DNA of 64,000 bases, taken from positions 169,014,001 to 169,078,000 of the forward strand of contig NC_086097.1 of assembly GCF_963921235.1 (NCBI RefSeq). Direction: 5' to 3'. The position numbers and the translations under genes were made by a program. The DNA comes from Mobula hypostoma (lineage: Eukaryota). The notes under the pieces are model-generated. The model did no database searches, was not told the origin of the DNA, and saw only the letters and a list, made by a program, of their open reading frames with translations. This document shows positions 1-12,481 of this stretch, one piece after another; within the stretch, counting starts at the first letter, position 1, and the number at the start of each line of letters is the position of its first letter.

Positions 1-837
1 AGGGTTACTGTATAGGGTAGTTGAGGATGAGAAGCTTGGGGAGTGTTACCAGCTTCTGATACCTAACAGCTTGAGGAGCAAATTGTTAAGAGTATGTACA
101 TGATTCTATGGGCCATCAAGGCATAAACGTACTCTGCAGTTGTTGAGAAGCCGATGTTTTTGGGTAGGCATACACGAGGATGTGGCACAGTGGGTCAAAA
201 GTTGTCCACGTTGTGTACTAACTAAGATGCCACAGCCTACGATCCGCGCGTGCCCCCCGCCCCCATGAAGTCATTTCTGGCTTCTAGGCCGCTTGAAGTT
301 GTTGCGGTAGATTTCACTGTGTTGGAGCCGGCAAGTGATGGGCGTGAGAATGTCTTATTGGTCACAGGCGCTTTCTCTAAATTTACCCAAGTATTTCCAA
401 CTCAGGATCAAAAGGTGGATACCACAGCAAGGGTGCTCTTGAGGGAATGGTTCATGAAGTACGGTGTCCCTGAGAGGTTGCATTCTGACCAGGACAGTAA
501 CTTCGAAAGTGAGGTCATAGCGGAGCTTTGCAAACTATACGGGGTAAAGAAAAGCCGTACCACACCTCATCATCCTACTGGAAACGTGCAGTGCGAGCAT
601 TTCAACAGGACAATGCATGATCTGCTGCGTACGTTGCCTCCAGGAGAGAAACGCAGGTGGCCAGAACATCTACCTGAGTTGGTGTATGCATATAATGCGA
701 CACCTCACGCAACCACCGGGTATTCGCCTTACTGTCTGTTGTTTGGGGTGGATCCCCACTTGCCTGTGGATGCTATGTTGGGGCAAGAACAGATGGTGGT
801 CCGGAAACGATTACTTGAATGCAGGGGAGAAATGTAA
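1..837 (+). pseudogene. Ty3/Gypsy integrase remnant (3' part of pol), C-terminally deleted
   Basis: HHCC remnants upstream in broken frames (HDSMGHQG near 100-122, CPRC near 202-215). ORF 250..837 has the rve core VAVDF...HSDQ...QCEHFNRT and YNATPHATTGYSPY. The ORF runs straight into the polypurine tract (gcaggggagaaa 821-832) and the LTR. Confidence 0.9.
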
Positions 838-1727
838 CCGGGTGACCGTCGGACCTTATTCAGTATCGTTAAAAGTGTACTTAGGCATCCATCCAGGTAA
901 TGCTAGAATAGTTGTCTGTGCCTTAAGGGAGACGGTGATGTCATTACGCACACGCAGGATATCGGGGAGACCATTTTGCTGAAGATGCTGGTGGGGCGTT
1001 GGAATCTGGTCTCTCCCAGAGTGTGCTGGGCATGGTGAGGAAAGGTGAGCATTAATTGACGATATCCATGTGAATTCATTTATTCTTGCTGACGAATTGA
1101 GAATATCGGTAGTTTGACATATTTTACATGTGGATGCTTTAGATTTTCTCGAGTGAATGACTCAACGCTGGATCACGTGGCTTGGGCAAAGTTCTTCACC
1201 ATCCAAGTAGGTCAGGCTTCCTGTAATTTAACTACCAGGCAATACCTTGTAAAAGTTGTGCCAAAGTGTACCTTTTGTCTAACTTTATTGTATCAGGACT
1301 GATTGTGAATGTAACAGTGTAACGTGAATGTTTAGTCTCTGTTCGGAAGTTCAGCACGTGTGTACGTCTTAGATGAGATGTATTCGCTTACATTTTTCGC
1401 TGTTATGTATAAGATGCAGGGTGGGTGGGATTCTAATGTTGTTTGTATTGTGTTCCTTCAGGATTGCCACTACCGTATTTGTACCGTATCTGTACTGGTA
1501 TTTTTTATACTGCATATGTGATTCTGTCCATACACAAGGGTGTGGATCGAAAGTTACACTGAGACTGTAACGGCAAGAACTGGTTGTCAATTCATTCGTT
1601 TTGTCTCGCGACCCTCTACTGGTACTTAAACATCGAAAACCGATAAAGGAATTAAAACCCGAAAAAGTCTTTGTTGTCCTGAGCGTGTACTTTTCCCCAG
1701 GCTACACATGTACCTGCCTTGGTTACA
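833..1727 (+). repeat. 3' LTR of the Gypsy element
   Basis: Begins TGTAACC immediately after the PPT and ends GGTTACA (7-bp terminal inverted repeat, TG...CA). L1 ORF2 sequence starts immediately after 1727. The partner LTR is outside the window. Confidence 0.8.
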
Positions 1728-2656
1728 TTTTTAACCCTCCTATTAACATACTGTCGTACCTGTAGATACCGATAAAGGCTTGTTTTTTTAATAAGTGTTT
1801 CTCTTTAAGTATTTCAAAACTGAACAGTGTTCCTCCTTCATTATATTGCAAAGAACTGTTATTCCTTTAGCTGTCCAGTCCTTAAATCTAGCATCCAGTT
1901 TATTCAGCGTAAAATCAGAGTGATATGCAGACCATTTAAGAATTGCAATATCTCCCTCTAGTTTATATTCTTTTATAATAGTTTTCCATATTTTAAGAGT
2001 CCATTTCACCCATGGGTTATCAATAGTTTTTATGTACCTTTGTAGGTTGTTATCAGCCAAAATTGCCTGTACGGGGATGGAAAGTATCCTCTCCTCAATG
2101 TTTTTTCATTGAGTGTCATATGATGGGTTGCACCAACAGCTCTCAACTGTGCTGCAAAATAATAATCTCTAAGAGAAAGTAGGCCCCATCCCCCCTTTTC
2201 CTTGGCTAATTGCAAAGTTTTGAGACAAACTCCAGGCCTTTTACCTTGCCATATATATCTTGATAACATTTTTTTCCATTCATTGAATTGATCCGGATTA
2301 ATCTCTATTGGTAGGGTCTGAAAGAGATATATTCACTTTAATAGATTTAATCCTTGAACTGAGACTAAAAGAAGGAATTAGGTTCCATCTTGTTATATCT
2401 TTCTTAATTCTTTTATATATAGGCTGATACTTGCATTCTGATAATTTTGACAAATAGTTTGCCATAATGATGCCCAAATATTTGAAAGACTCTGTTTGCC
2501 ATGCCCAGGGATATCTACTTTCAATTTCTCTTGGTGGGCTATAGTTATATGAAATTAATTGAGTTTTATCTATGTTGATCTTGTATCCTGATAACTGGCC
2601 ATATTGTTCAAAGGATTGCACCAACTTAGGTAAAGAGTATGTTGGTTGCCCTAGAT

Positions 2657-4882
2657 CAGGGGTGTCAAACTACCGGCCCGCAGGCCGCATCTGGCCCACG
2701 GGACGATCTGGTGAAAAAAAAGTATATTCATGACCATTTATTATGTATCTGTACGGCAGCCGCTCTCTCTCCCACCGTTGTCTGTGCTGCCGGCTGTGCC
2801 CGCAGCTTGTTGTGTGTACTTAGAAAACAACAGGCGGCAGTTAATAACCCGCTGTGCATAAGCGCCTACCACCCTGCACTGAAGACCACTAGGGTCCCAC
2901 TTACGTCGTCAGACACAGTGTAAACACACAGAGTACTCAGGTAAGTAACACCTGTAGCAAGGCTGAGACTGTTTGCTGCTGTGGTTCAAAATGCTTTCCA
3001 AGAAAAGAAAAGTTGACATCGAAGGTGGGATATTCAATGATAATTGGAAAGATCATTTTTTCTTCTGTGAGGTCAATGGCAAACCTACATGTCTGATACG
3101 CTCGCAACAAGTGGCTGTGGGAAAAGTGTACAATATCAAATGACACTATGAGACGTCACACAGAGAAAAATATGACAAGTATGCAGGATGACTCAGAACG
3201 CAAAAGGTAAACGAGCTTGAAGCAGCTCCGAAAAAACAGCAATCAGTGTTCACCAGAAGTCGAGAGACTCACGATGGAGCTGTCAAGGCCAGCTATATCA
3301 TTGCCAACAAAATAGCTGCTGCGTCGAAGCCATACTCAGAGAGGGAATTCATCAAAGCATGCATGCTGACGGCGGCTGAGCTGGTGTGCCTGAGAAGAGA
3401 CAGGCTTTTGGTAATATCAGCTTGTCAAGAAACACTATGGCAGAGAGAACCAGGGACCTTGCAGGAGATTTGAACAGTCAACTAAAAGGCGAAGTGAAGT
3501 CACTTATTGCCTTCTCTATTGCAATTGATGAGAGCACCCACATGACTGATGTAGCTCAGTTGGGAGCATTTATTCGTGGTGTTGATGCATCTTTGATTGT
3601 CATCGAGGAGTTTGTGGAGATGGTGCCCATGACAAACACCACAACGGAGAACGACATTTTCTCCAACTTCATCGAGGCCTTGGACAGACTGGGGGTTGAC
3701 TGGAGTCACGCTGTCAGCGTGGTAACAGATGGCGCACCGTCCATGGTCGGGAAAAAGGCAGGAGTTGCTGTGAAACTCAGAGAGAAAGTTCAGACAGGGA
3801 ATCCAGAGCAGGAATTCTGGAATTTTCACTGTATTATACACCAAGAGGCGTTATGTAGCAGGAGCCTGAAAATGGACAATGTCATAGATGTAGTAATCAA
3901 AACGGTTAATTTTATTAGAGCCAAGGGACTCAACCATTGGCAATTTGACACTCTTTTGTCCGAAAGTAATATCGGACACGGCCTACCCTACCACACTGAA
4001 GTCCACTGGTTGAGCAGAGCGGTTGTGCTCAAACGTTTTTTTCAATTACGTGTGGAAATTAGACTATTCATGAACGAGAAAGGGAAGCCAGTGGCAGAGC
4101 TGGATGACCCAGACTGGCTTCATGATCTTGCATTTTTGGTGGATATAACAGAGCACTTAAGTGTGCTTAATGTTAACATGCAAGGCCGCAACAAACTTGT
4201 TACGGAATACTATGACAGCATTCGTGCCTTTCAAATTAAATTAGGCCTGTGGGAGATGCAACTATCCCAGAGCAACCCAGCTCATTTCCCCTCTTTGCAG
4301 TCTGTGTGTGTCGCTCATGGAAACAATGACAACATGGACAGGTACAAGGACAAAATATCACGGCTGAAAAGTGAGTTTCAGAATTGTTTCCAAGTCTTCT
4401 TCACTCAGCTTGAGAAGGAATTCTCACTATTTTGCTCGTCATTTGCCGTCAACGCAGCATCAGATGTGCCGGAGGAACTCCAAATGGAACTAATTGAAAT
4501 TCAGTGCAACTCAGCTTTGAAATATAAATTTGAGACTGTGGGTCTGGACTTATTCTATCAATACCTGGGACCGAAGTACCACAAGGTGACAGACTTTGCC
4601 TCAAAGATCCTTTGCATGTTCGGGACAACATACCTCTGTGAGCATGCGTTCTCCACAATGAACATTAACAAATCCAAACTGTGCTCGCAGCTGACACACA
4701 GACATCTAAATGACATTAAGAAAATCACAACTGAGACACATGAGAGCAGGTTGAAAAAACGAAGGCAACGAAAGCTATGGGAGCATGCGCGCATGCGTTT
4801 GCACGTGCACAACTGATCCGGCCGCATGACGTCGCATTTTGCCCAATCCGGCCTGTGACCTAAAATGAGTTTGACACCCCTG
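2657..4882 (+). mobile_element. hAT DNA transposon (Buster/Charlie, SPIN/GTF2IRD2-like)
   Basis: Perfect 15-bp TIRs CAGGGGTGTCAAACT (2657-2671 and 4868-4882). Perfect 8-bp TSD CCCTAGAT (2649-2656 and 4883-4890) with central TA, typical of Buster-type hATs. Confidence 0.96.
2991..4816 (+). pseudogene. hAT transposase, frameshifted in the N-terminal third
   Basis: Starts MLSKKRKVD at 2991 with a broken zinc-finger region. ORF 3386..4816 has IDEST, TDGAP, HCIIHQ, HWLS (RW motif altered) and TYLCEHAFS. Confidence 0.88.
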
Positions 4883-6787
4883 CCCTAGATAGATCAAAAT
4901 GTCATCCGCGTAACAGGCCAATTTATGCTCTGTCCCTTTAATAGTAATTCCCCTGATATCTTCATTTTGTCTGATGTATTGAGCTAATGGTTCCAGATAT
5001 AATGCGAAGAGTAGCAGTGACCATGCACAACCCTGTCTCGTGCCCCTTTCTAGGGTAAAACTATTTGATAAATATCCATTGATTTTAATCCTAGCAGTAG
5101 GGTTGTCATATAGTGCCTGTATAGTTTTAATAATTGTATCATGGAAACCAAATCAATGTAAAACTCTGTAAAGAAAATTCCAATTAACCGAATCAAATGC
5201 CTTTTCAGCATCCACGCTCATCACTATTGCTTCGATTTTATTTTTCTGTATATGATCCATAACATGAAGTGTCCTTCGTATATTGTCTTGGGTTTGGCGT
5301 TGTTGTAAAATACCTGTCTGATCCTTATGTATCAGTATGGGTAGAAACTCTTCTAATCGTTTGGCCATGATGGAGGTAAATAATCTATAATCTACATTAA
5401 GAATGGATATTGGTCTAAATGACCCACATGCCATTTTATCCTTGCCATCTTTTGGTATAGCTGAGATTATCGTTTCCTTCCAGCTGGGTGGCATTTGTGC
5501 CTTTTTTAGAGCCCAGTTCATTGTGGGGAGTAAGACAGGAATTAACTCATTTTTAAATTTTTTGAACCACTCTGCCGTCTACCCATATGAACCTGGTGAC
5601 TTGCTTAATTTAAGCCTACTAATTCCAGCTTTTAGTTCAACTTCAGTTATGTCAGCAGTCATCGTTCTATTTTGTTCTTCGCTTAAAGTGGGTAACTCTA
5701 GAGAATTGTGGAAAGCGTCAATATGGGTTATGCTTCCCCCTGGAACTTTGGAATATAAAGTTTTGTAAAACACTTCAAAAGCTTCTTGAATTTCACTTAG
5801 CTTTTTTTTTTATCATTTTTGTTCTTGGATCCCAAATTCTATGAATTATACTTCTTTCTATCTTTTTCTTCAGTTTCCACGCCAGTATTTTCATAGACTT
5901 AGATCCACTTTCATAATGTCTCTGTTTCAGAAACATTAAATTTTTCCTGATTTCTTGCGTAGCCAAACTATTAATTTCATTCCTAATTTTTAAAATTTCC
6001 TCTAATGTATCCTGCGCCAAACTGAATTTGTGTGTTTTTTTAGTTCCTTCAGCCTATTTTTTAATTCCTCTAATGTTTTATTCCTTATTTTTTTCTTATA
6101 TGAAGGTATCACTATAACTTTCCCTCTTAAGACAGCCTTCAGAATATCCCGTAGAATGGGAGGTGAAAGCTCTCCATTATCATTGAATTCTAAGTAAAGA
6201 CCAATTTCTTTTTTAATTTGTTCCTTAAAGTGGAGATCATTGAGTAGGCTTGAATTTAGTTTCCAAATAGTATTCTTTTGTTGTAGGTCAAGATCAACAG
6301 ATAAATATATAAGTGCATGGTCACTTACATCTATTGTCCCAATTCCACAGCTGTTTCTTTTGTTTTTGTCTTTTCCAAATGTTATGAAATAGTCTATTCT
6401 TGTATATACAGAATGGGGGGGGGGGGGAGAATAATGAGTGTAATCCCTTCTGTCCGGGAAAAGGTCCCTCCATATATCAAGTAAACCAATATCTTCAAAA
6501 AGTGTATTAACTCTCTTATGTAAGGATTTTGTTTCATAGGTTTTTCTATTGGAAGAGTCTAATTGTAAATTTAAGTCTCCCCGACATATCAGGAGACCTT
6601 CTGTTTCCGTTACCATAATATTAGTAATTTTCTGAAAGAAACTAATATCACTTCCTGGGGGTGCGTATATATTCAATAGAGTAACTGAATTTCCATCTAT
6701 ATTCCCCCTTTCCGGAATATAGCTGCCCTCCCTATCTCCCATTTTGAATACTTTTTCAAAATTTGGCTTGCTTGAGATAAGAATAGC

Positions 6788-7676
6788 AGATCGGGATAAC
6801 TGCTCAGCCAGGCTTTCCCTCGGTTTGATCACGCTGACGGGCAGCCCTCTGTTCCTCATGTCTGTAGTTGCCTCTTCCACTGTCTGATACAGTTGCATAC
6901 TATCTTCATAAAACACCCGCAGTTTAGCAGGGTACGGAGTTTGGAATCTAATCTTTCCTTGCTTTAATATTCGCTTTACAGCAGAGTATTCTTTACGTTT
7001 CTGCAGGACCGCCAGAGGGTATTCCTGATTGAATTATATTAATTTCCTGTACAAAAACACCCTCTTCTTACCCCAGGCCCTTCGTAGAATTTCCGCCTTG
7101 GTATTATATGGAAGGAATCTAATTACTATTGAGCGTGGCTTATCTTCTCTGTCTCCAGTAGGCCTTGGGACGAGCGCACGATGTGCCCTCTCAGTTTCAT
7201 GCTCCATAGTGGAGGGAATCTCTAGCGCGTCCCGCAGCAACTTTCCTACAAACTCCATCATAGACAAGCCCTCCGTTCCTTCGGGAACATTGTATATCCT
7301 GATATGTTTCCGTCGTGATCTTCCCTCCTGGTCAATCAGTTTACTTTCTTGTTGATATAGTATTTTTATCATCTTACTTAGTATCTGTTTCACATTTTGC
7401 ACGCGATCTTCCACCTTCTCAATTCGAGTCTATGCCACCACTTTTTTTCATTGACATTGGCGAGCTCTGACTTGATATCATTGAGTTGCTGTTTTATATC
7501 GTTTTGGAATCCCCATACCTCTTCCAGAATTTTTATCATATTTGCCGCTTCGCCTGAACGAGGTCCATCGTCAGCCTCGCTAGCACGCGTTCAGGGAGGA
7601 GAGGCATGCGTTGCACCTCTCTCGTCCATAGGCTCCGCAGTGATGCTTTTTTTTAATCTCCATTCTTCTTCCCCAT
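6788..7676 (-). pseudogene. L1 ORF1 (coiled coil/RRM/CTD RNA-binding protein), frameshifted
   Basis: ORF 7034..7414 has L1 ORF1p RRM motifs. The C-terminal part (PYPAKLRVFYED...EEAT) continues in 6788-7030. The start codon position is approximate. Confidence 0.8.
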
Positions 7677-7810
7677 TCTTGCCCCCCCCTTATCAATTCA
7701 GATATTTTTGAAAGATCTTATATTTGATGGATTAATGGGGCAATATATGCGTTTTTCCAGAGGAGCTATTAATTTAAGCTGCCATTCTGGACGATGACGT
7801 CACCGGAACC

Positions 7811-7945
7811 AACTTTAGCTTTTCCTTTTCAAACCGCAAAGTGAATTCTGTCATATTAGGATCACTGGTCCATAAGGGTTCCTTTACCTTAAGCTCTCTA
7901 ATCAATTCCAGTTCATTGAACAACACGCAATCTAGAATAGCACCA
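7811..7945 (-). mobile_element. CR1 LINE endonuclease fragment (host of the L1 insertion)
   Basis: Translates AILDCVLFNELELIRELKVKEPLWTSDPNMTEF, matching CR1 EN at about 43650-43760. Confidence 0.75.
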
Positions 7946-7984
7946 GCTGCAGACCCCAAATGATAAACCGGTCCAGAAAGTTAA

Positions 7985-8610
7985 AACATGTGGAATGCAA
8001 GGCAAGCTGGCTATATGGATCCAAATTGGCATGGTAATAGTAGGCAAAGGATAGTGGCAGAAGGATACTCTTCTGATTGGAAGTCTATAGTTAGAAGTCT
8101 AAAGTGGTGAAGGTGGCATATGGCATGCTTGCTTTCCATAGGTCAGGTCAGATAATATAAAATTTCACATGTTATGTTGCAAATTTACAAAACACTAGTT
8201 GGACTGTACTTGCAGCAGTGATGTGGCTCCGACTTACAAATTAAAGGAGAGATATGTTGTGTTCGAGAGAGAGCAGAGAAGATTCAACTGGATGTTGCCT
8301 GGATTGAAACGTTCTTGTTACAGGGATAGGTTGGATTTTGTTTTCCTGCAGCAAAGAAATACTGTATAAGGAATACAGCAAGAATCTTTTTCAAAAGCAA
8401 ACACATGGCATTAGAAAAAGAAAGGCAAAAGGAAGAAGGATTAAAGCAGATTTGAATAAAAGATTTCTTTTGTTTACACAGGATAGTTAATATCTAGAAA
8501 CTGCTAACAGAAGAGGTACAATCACTATGGTTAAGAGACATTTAGACCTGCACTTGAGTAGTCAAGGCATAGAAGGATACAGACCAAATGCTAGTAAATG
8601 GGATTAGTGT
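7985..8610 (+). mobile_element. Highly degraded CR1 3' fragment
   Basis: Residual similarity to CR1 RT and 3' sequence (tggatccaaattggc, gatgttgcctggattg, aaatgggattagtgta). Confidence 0.55.
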
Positions 8611-10044
8611 ATATGCCAACCTTTTAATCCCATCTACAATAATCTACACTAATATTAGCTTCTGACATCTTCTCCATGGCATATGTTAAGATGTTTGCTC
8701 TCTGATGAAATTTCAGGAAGAAGAATTCACAATAATTAAATGGATTCTGTTAATTTCTTTATCATCCTTACAAACTTCTCTAACATTTTGACAGTTTATC
8801 ATGATTGGCAAGTACAGTATGCATTGACCAAACCACAGAATGGTCAACCAAGGAAAATGCAAAAACAAACTAACAGTTTGCTTACTGATATTTTTAGTCT
8901 TACTTAAAGCAACCAGACTAAATACTTGTAAACAGCAAGCCCCATGCTAGTGAAATAATTTCCGGTCAGGGATTTTTGGTTTGCCAATCATTGACGGGTT
9001 TGAGTAAATCTACGCCACTATTTTGGGTTGGAGAACAGAAAAAAACATGGACTAAAATGTAAAGAAAAAACACTGTATGATATTGAAGACCCCCCCCCGC
9101 CTTGAAATTAACACTGAAGTAGCATTCTGGAAAGGGTATAAAGATTACGTCAAGGCAAAGTTAGACTATGAGTCTTTTTCTGTTGTCATGCATCTGCACT
9201 TTGTGTTTTCTAATCATAAGTGCCTACAGCAGTCCAGGGCAATGCATACTTTAGAATTCCTGCCCTCAAACTCTTCTCCTCTTTCCTTATTTAAGATGCT
9301 ACTTAATATTTAATTCCTTAATCAACATTTTGGTCACCAGGAACAATATATCTTTATATTATTCAGTGCTAATTTTCTGAAAATGTTGCTTTGAAGTGCC
9401 ATGGGATATTTTTTGTGTAAAAATACAAGCTATGGTTGCTCTGAGCTGAATAAAGCAGAAGGATAAATGATTCAATCCTATAAAGTATGTATTATAGCTC
9501 CAGGAAACAAAACTTCACTTGACTCAGTGATAACCATTCTAATGAGCCAAATCCTACTATGTGCTTGAGTCAAAAATCAACACTGATACTTATGTAGTAT
9601 TTAAGTAGTACTGTACTGGTAGAGATCTTTTGTGAAATTCCTTAATTCCTTAAATGAGGTCCAATTCACCTCTCAAGCAGATTTCAAAGAAATGTAACCC
9701 AGTGTCCAGGACCTGTAAGTTATCTAACAAAACAGATTACCTATCTCATAGTTAGTTAGGTGCAGAAACAGGCTGCCATTTTTTTTTCTGTGTCAACATA
9801 CTGAACAATTATTTTTGAATGATGACATACTAAAAACACTTAACATGGATGTTTGAATATAGTTTGTGAATCAATAAAATGCAGTAAGTACTTATTTGAT
9901 CTGTCCTGAGATGAAGAAATTGTTATAAATTCTAGCTCTTGTCCATTTAAAAAAATCATGCAACTGTTAAATATAAAATGCTTTTAAGCAAACCTGCACT
10001 GTATTTTGTAAGTTAAATCACATTATTCTAAGTGTGCTTTCTAC

Positions 10045-10132
10045 CATTGATCTCCAGAGTAGAGCCTGCACCCACCATTTTAGAAGTACAGCTCTTAATT
10101 TTGCACTCCAGGCCTTCATGAACTATGACAGC
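10045..10132 (-). other. Candidate host-gene coding exon (unidentified)
   Basis: Lies in non-repetitive DNA. Acceptor ttaatctgttgtAG; 88 nt with a single open frame (AVIVHEGLECKIKSCTSKMVGAGSTLEIN); donor GTAGAA. Not recognised as a known protein. Confidence 0.25.
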
Positions 10133-10599
10133 CTACAACAGATTAATGCAAAAATTGTGATAGCCACAATTAAAATTCATATTTTTTCTCCAAGAAAAAG
10201 AGCCATTTACTGATCAAGAAGACTGTTTGTTTAAATTGTAATCAGTCACTCCAAAACAATGTATAGGGAGTTTGTCATATCAGGGCGCAGGAAGAAGAGA
10301 TATCTATGAATTTTACTGTAAAATCTCTCTGGGAAAGCAAGGAGGGAATTATGGCATCAGTGCAGTTAATGCATTATTCTATAACTTTAAAAAACCCTGA
10401 AAGTAAGTAACAACGTGCTAATTATAACAAATAGTATAGGGCTGGCTTGAGCCGGTCATGATCAGAAATTCGGAAAGCAACTATCAGCATTCATCCATTT
10501 GCAGATAAACAGCCATGCCACAAGTTCCAGAATAACTAAATAACATGGATTCCATTAGGAGTGTATCTCTACGACATGGTAACTAGCTTAATATTTGTT

Positions 10600-12080
10600 A
10601 TTGGCAAGATGTTGGAGTCTATAATCCAGGAAAAAATACTATAGCTCGTCATTTAGAGAAGGTTCATGCAAAACAAACAAGTAAACATGTTTGACAAATA
10701 TGCTAGCATTCAGGAAGAGTTATTAAAATCTAAACACCAGATATGAGTTTATATAGAATGCCTGAAAGCATTCAGTAAGGTGCCAAATAAAAGGCTGGTG
10801 CACAAGGCAGAAACTCACAGTACATTTGGAAAGACATGAATTAATCTGCAAGAGTTGACATGGCATTGAAATCTTGTCTCATTAACTTCATTGTACTTAT
10901 TGAGGAGTTAGCTAAGAAGAGTAATGGTAGACATTGTCTACTGTATCTATACTTCAATATGGCATTCAACAAAATCCAACATGGTAGCTTGGTCCAGAAG
11001 ATTAAGATGAATGTAATCCAAAATAAGCTGACTAACTGGATCCAAAATTGCCTTGGTGATAAAAAGCAGTGGGTAGTGGTGAAAAATGCTTTGCTGATTG
11101 GAAGTCTGTGACTAGTGATGTACCATAAGGATCAATATTGATTGATTGTGATATATGTTAACAAATCAGATGTAAACAAAAGAGGTTTAATGCAAGTTAC
11201 ACAAAAGTGGTGTTGTTTTGGATAACAAGAATCTTATCTAAGGCTACAGCAGGATACGGGTCAGACTACAGGAAAGACGTGGAAACTATGGAAAGGGTGC
11301 AGAGGAGATTAACAAGGATGTTGCCTCAATCCTACAGCATGCCTTACGAGAATAGGTTGAGTGAACACGGTCTTTTCTCCTTGGAGGAGCAGTGGAGGAT
11401 GAGAGGTGACCTGATAGAGGTGTATAGGATGTTGAGAGGCATTGATCATCAGAGGCTTTTTCCCAGGACTGAAATGGCTAACACCAGAGGGCACAGTTTT
11501 AAGGTGCTTGGAAGTGGGTACAGAAGAGATGTCAGGGGTAAGTTTTTTATGCAGAGAATGGTGAGTGCGTGGAATGGGCTGCTGGCAGCGGTGGTGGAGG
11601 CGGATATGACAGGGTCTTTTAAGTCCTGGATGGGCACATGGAGCTTAAAAAAATAGATGGCTATGGGTAACCCTAGGTAATTTCTAAAGTAAGTATATGT
11701 TCAGCACAGCATTGTGGGCCGAAGGCCCTGTATTGTGCTGTAGGTTTTCTTTGTTTCTATGTGTCTATGAAAAGTTGAGCAGAGGTTTAGCAGATAAAAT
11801 TTAATTCCAGCAAACGCAAGGTGATACATTTTGGGAAGTCAAGTAGGTATAGGACACATACAGTAAATGCTAGGGTGCTAAGAGATATTAATTAACATAG
11901 GGACACTGGGGTTCAAGCCCATTGTTTTCTGGGAGTGACAACACAACTCGATAAGGTGGTACTGGAAGCAAAAGACATGTCTGCATTCATAAATCGGGGC
12001 ATGGCATATAAAATTTGGACATGATGTCACACCTTTACAAATACAAGCTTGACTGCACTTAGGGTCTTATGTGCAGCTCT
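10600..12080 (+). mobile_element. Degraded CR1 RT fragments with a younger CR1 3' end nested at about 11260-11770
   Basis: ORFs 10860..11111 and 11207..11656 (ERVQRRLTRM, RGDLIEVY, TRGHSFK). Younger copy ends in a tttctatgtgtctatg tail. Confidence 0.75.
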
Positions 12081-12276
12081 AGAACATAGAACAGTACAGA
12101 ACAGTATAAGCCTTTCAGCCCAAAAATTTCTGCTGACCTTTTAATTTACTCCAAGATCATGTCATACTTCTTTCCCAGATACCCCTTCATTTTTCTTTCA
12201 TGCATGTGCTGAGAGTTTCTTAAATGTCCTTAATGTACCTGCCTTTACCACCACCTCTGGCAATGAGGTCCACCAA
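12081..12276 (-). mobile_element. CR1 3' end; host of the Gypsy insertion, continues at 15863-15910
   Basis: Inverted CR1 tail agaacatagaacagtaca. The sequence resumes after the LTR as ctctctatgtt...aaaaaccttcctctgaca. Confidence 0.65.
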
Positions 12277-12464
12277 CCTGATTCCTGAGAACTGTCAGTT
12301 CTATGTTCCGCATCGTTTTCTGGATACTCTACGTGAACCTTGTCTCTGTGTAAAGACTGTCCTGGATAGCGGTTCCCCGTTCACGGTGGTGCTAATGCCT
12401 AACGACTCCGCCTCCGTGCCTGTGTCCTGCACTTGGGTTCATCCCCAGCCACGTCCTTGCAACA
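12277..12464 (+). repeat. 5' LTR remnant (5'-truncated)
   Basis: 188 bp colinear with 15675-15862, 8 substitutions by eye; ends ...GCAACA. Confidence 0.92.
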
Positions 12465-12481
12465 GAATGAACTGGACAAGT

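Larger units (their letters stand above)
1728..6787 (-). pseudogene. L1 ORF2 (APE endonuclease plus reverse transcriptase), frameshifted and interrupted
   Basis: ORF fragments 6002..6916 (EN), 5793..6020, 5579..5773, 5153..5521 (RT), 2298..2624, 2030..2269 and 1788..2060 are collinear. Removing the hAT restores ...[25 protein letters not shown]... Confidence 0.9.
1728..7810 (-). mobile_element. L1-clade non-LTR retrotransposon with intact 5' end, decayed; split by a hAT element and cut on the 3' side by the Gypsy insertion
   Basis: ORF1 motifs EGRSRRKHIRIYNVPEG, ERAHR, PRSIVIRF. EN motifs NIYAP, GDLN, RIDY, SDH, WKLN. RT motifs FRPISILNVD, DAEKAFD, YADD, SGYKIN, KYLGI. 5' end GGTTCCGGTGACGTCA at 7810-7795. 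Confidence 0.92.

Noticed and set aside
3386..4816. Domesticated host gene (GTF2IRD2/EPM2AIP1/ZBED-like)
   Set aside because: Bounded by perfect TIRs and an 8-bp TSD, inserted in an L1, and frameshifted at the N-terminus: a transposon copy.
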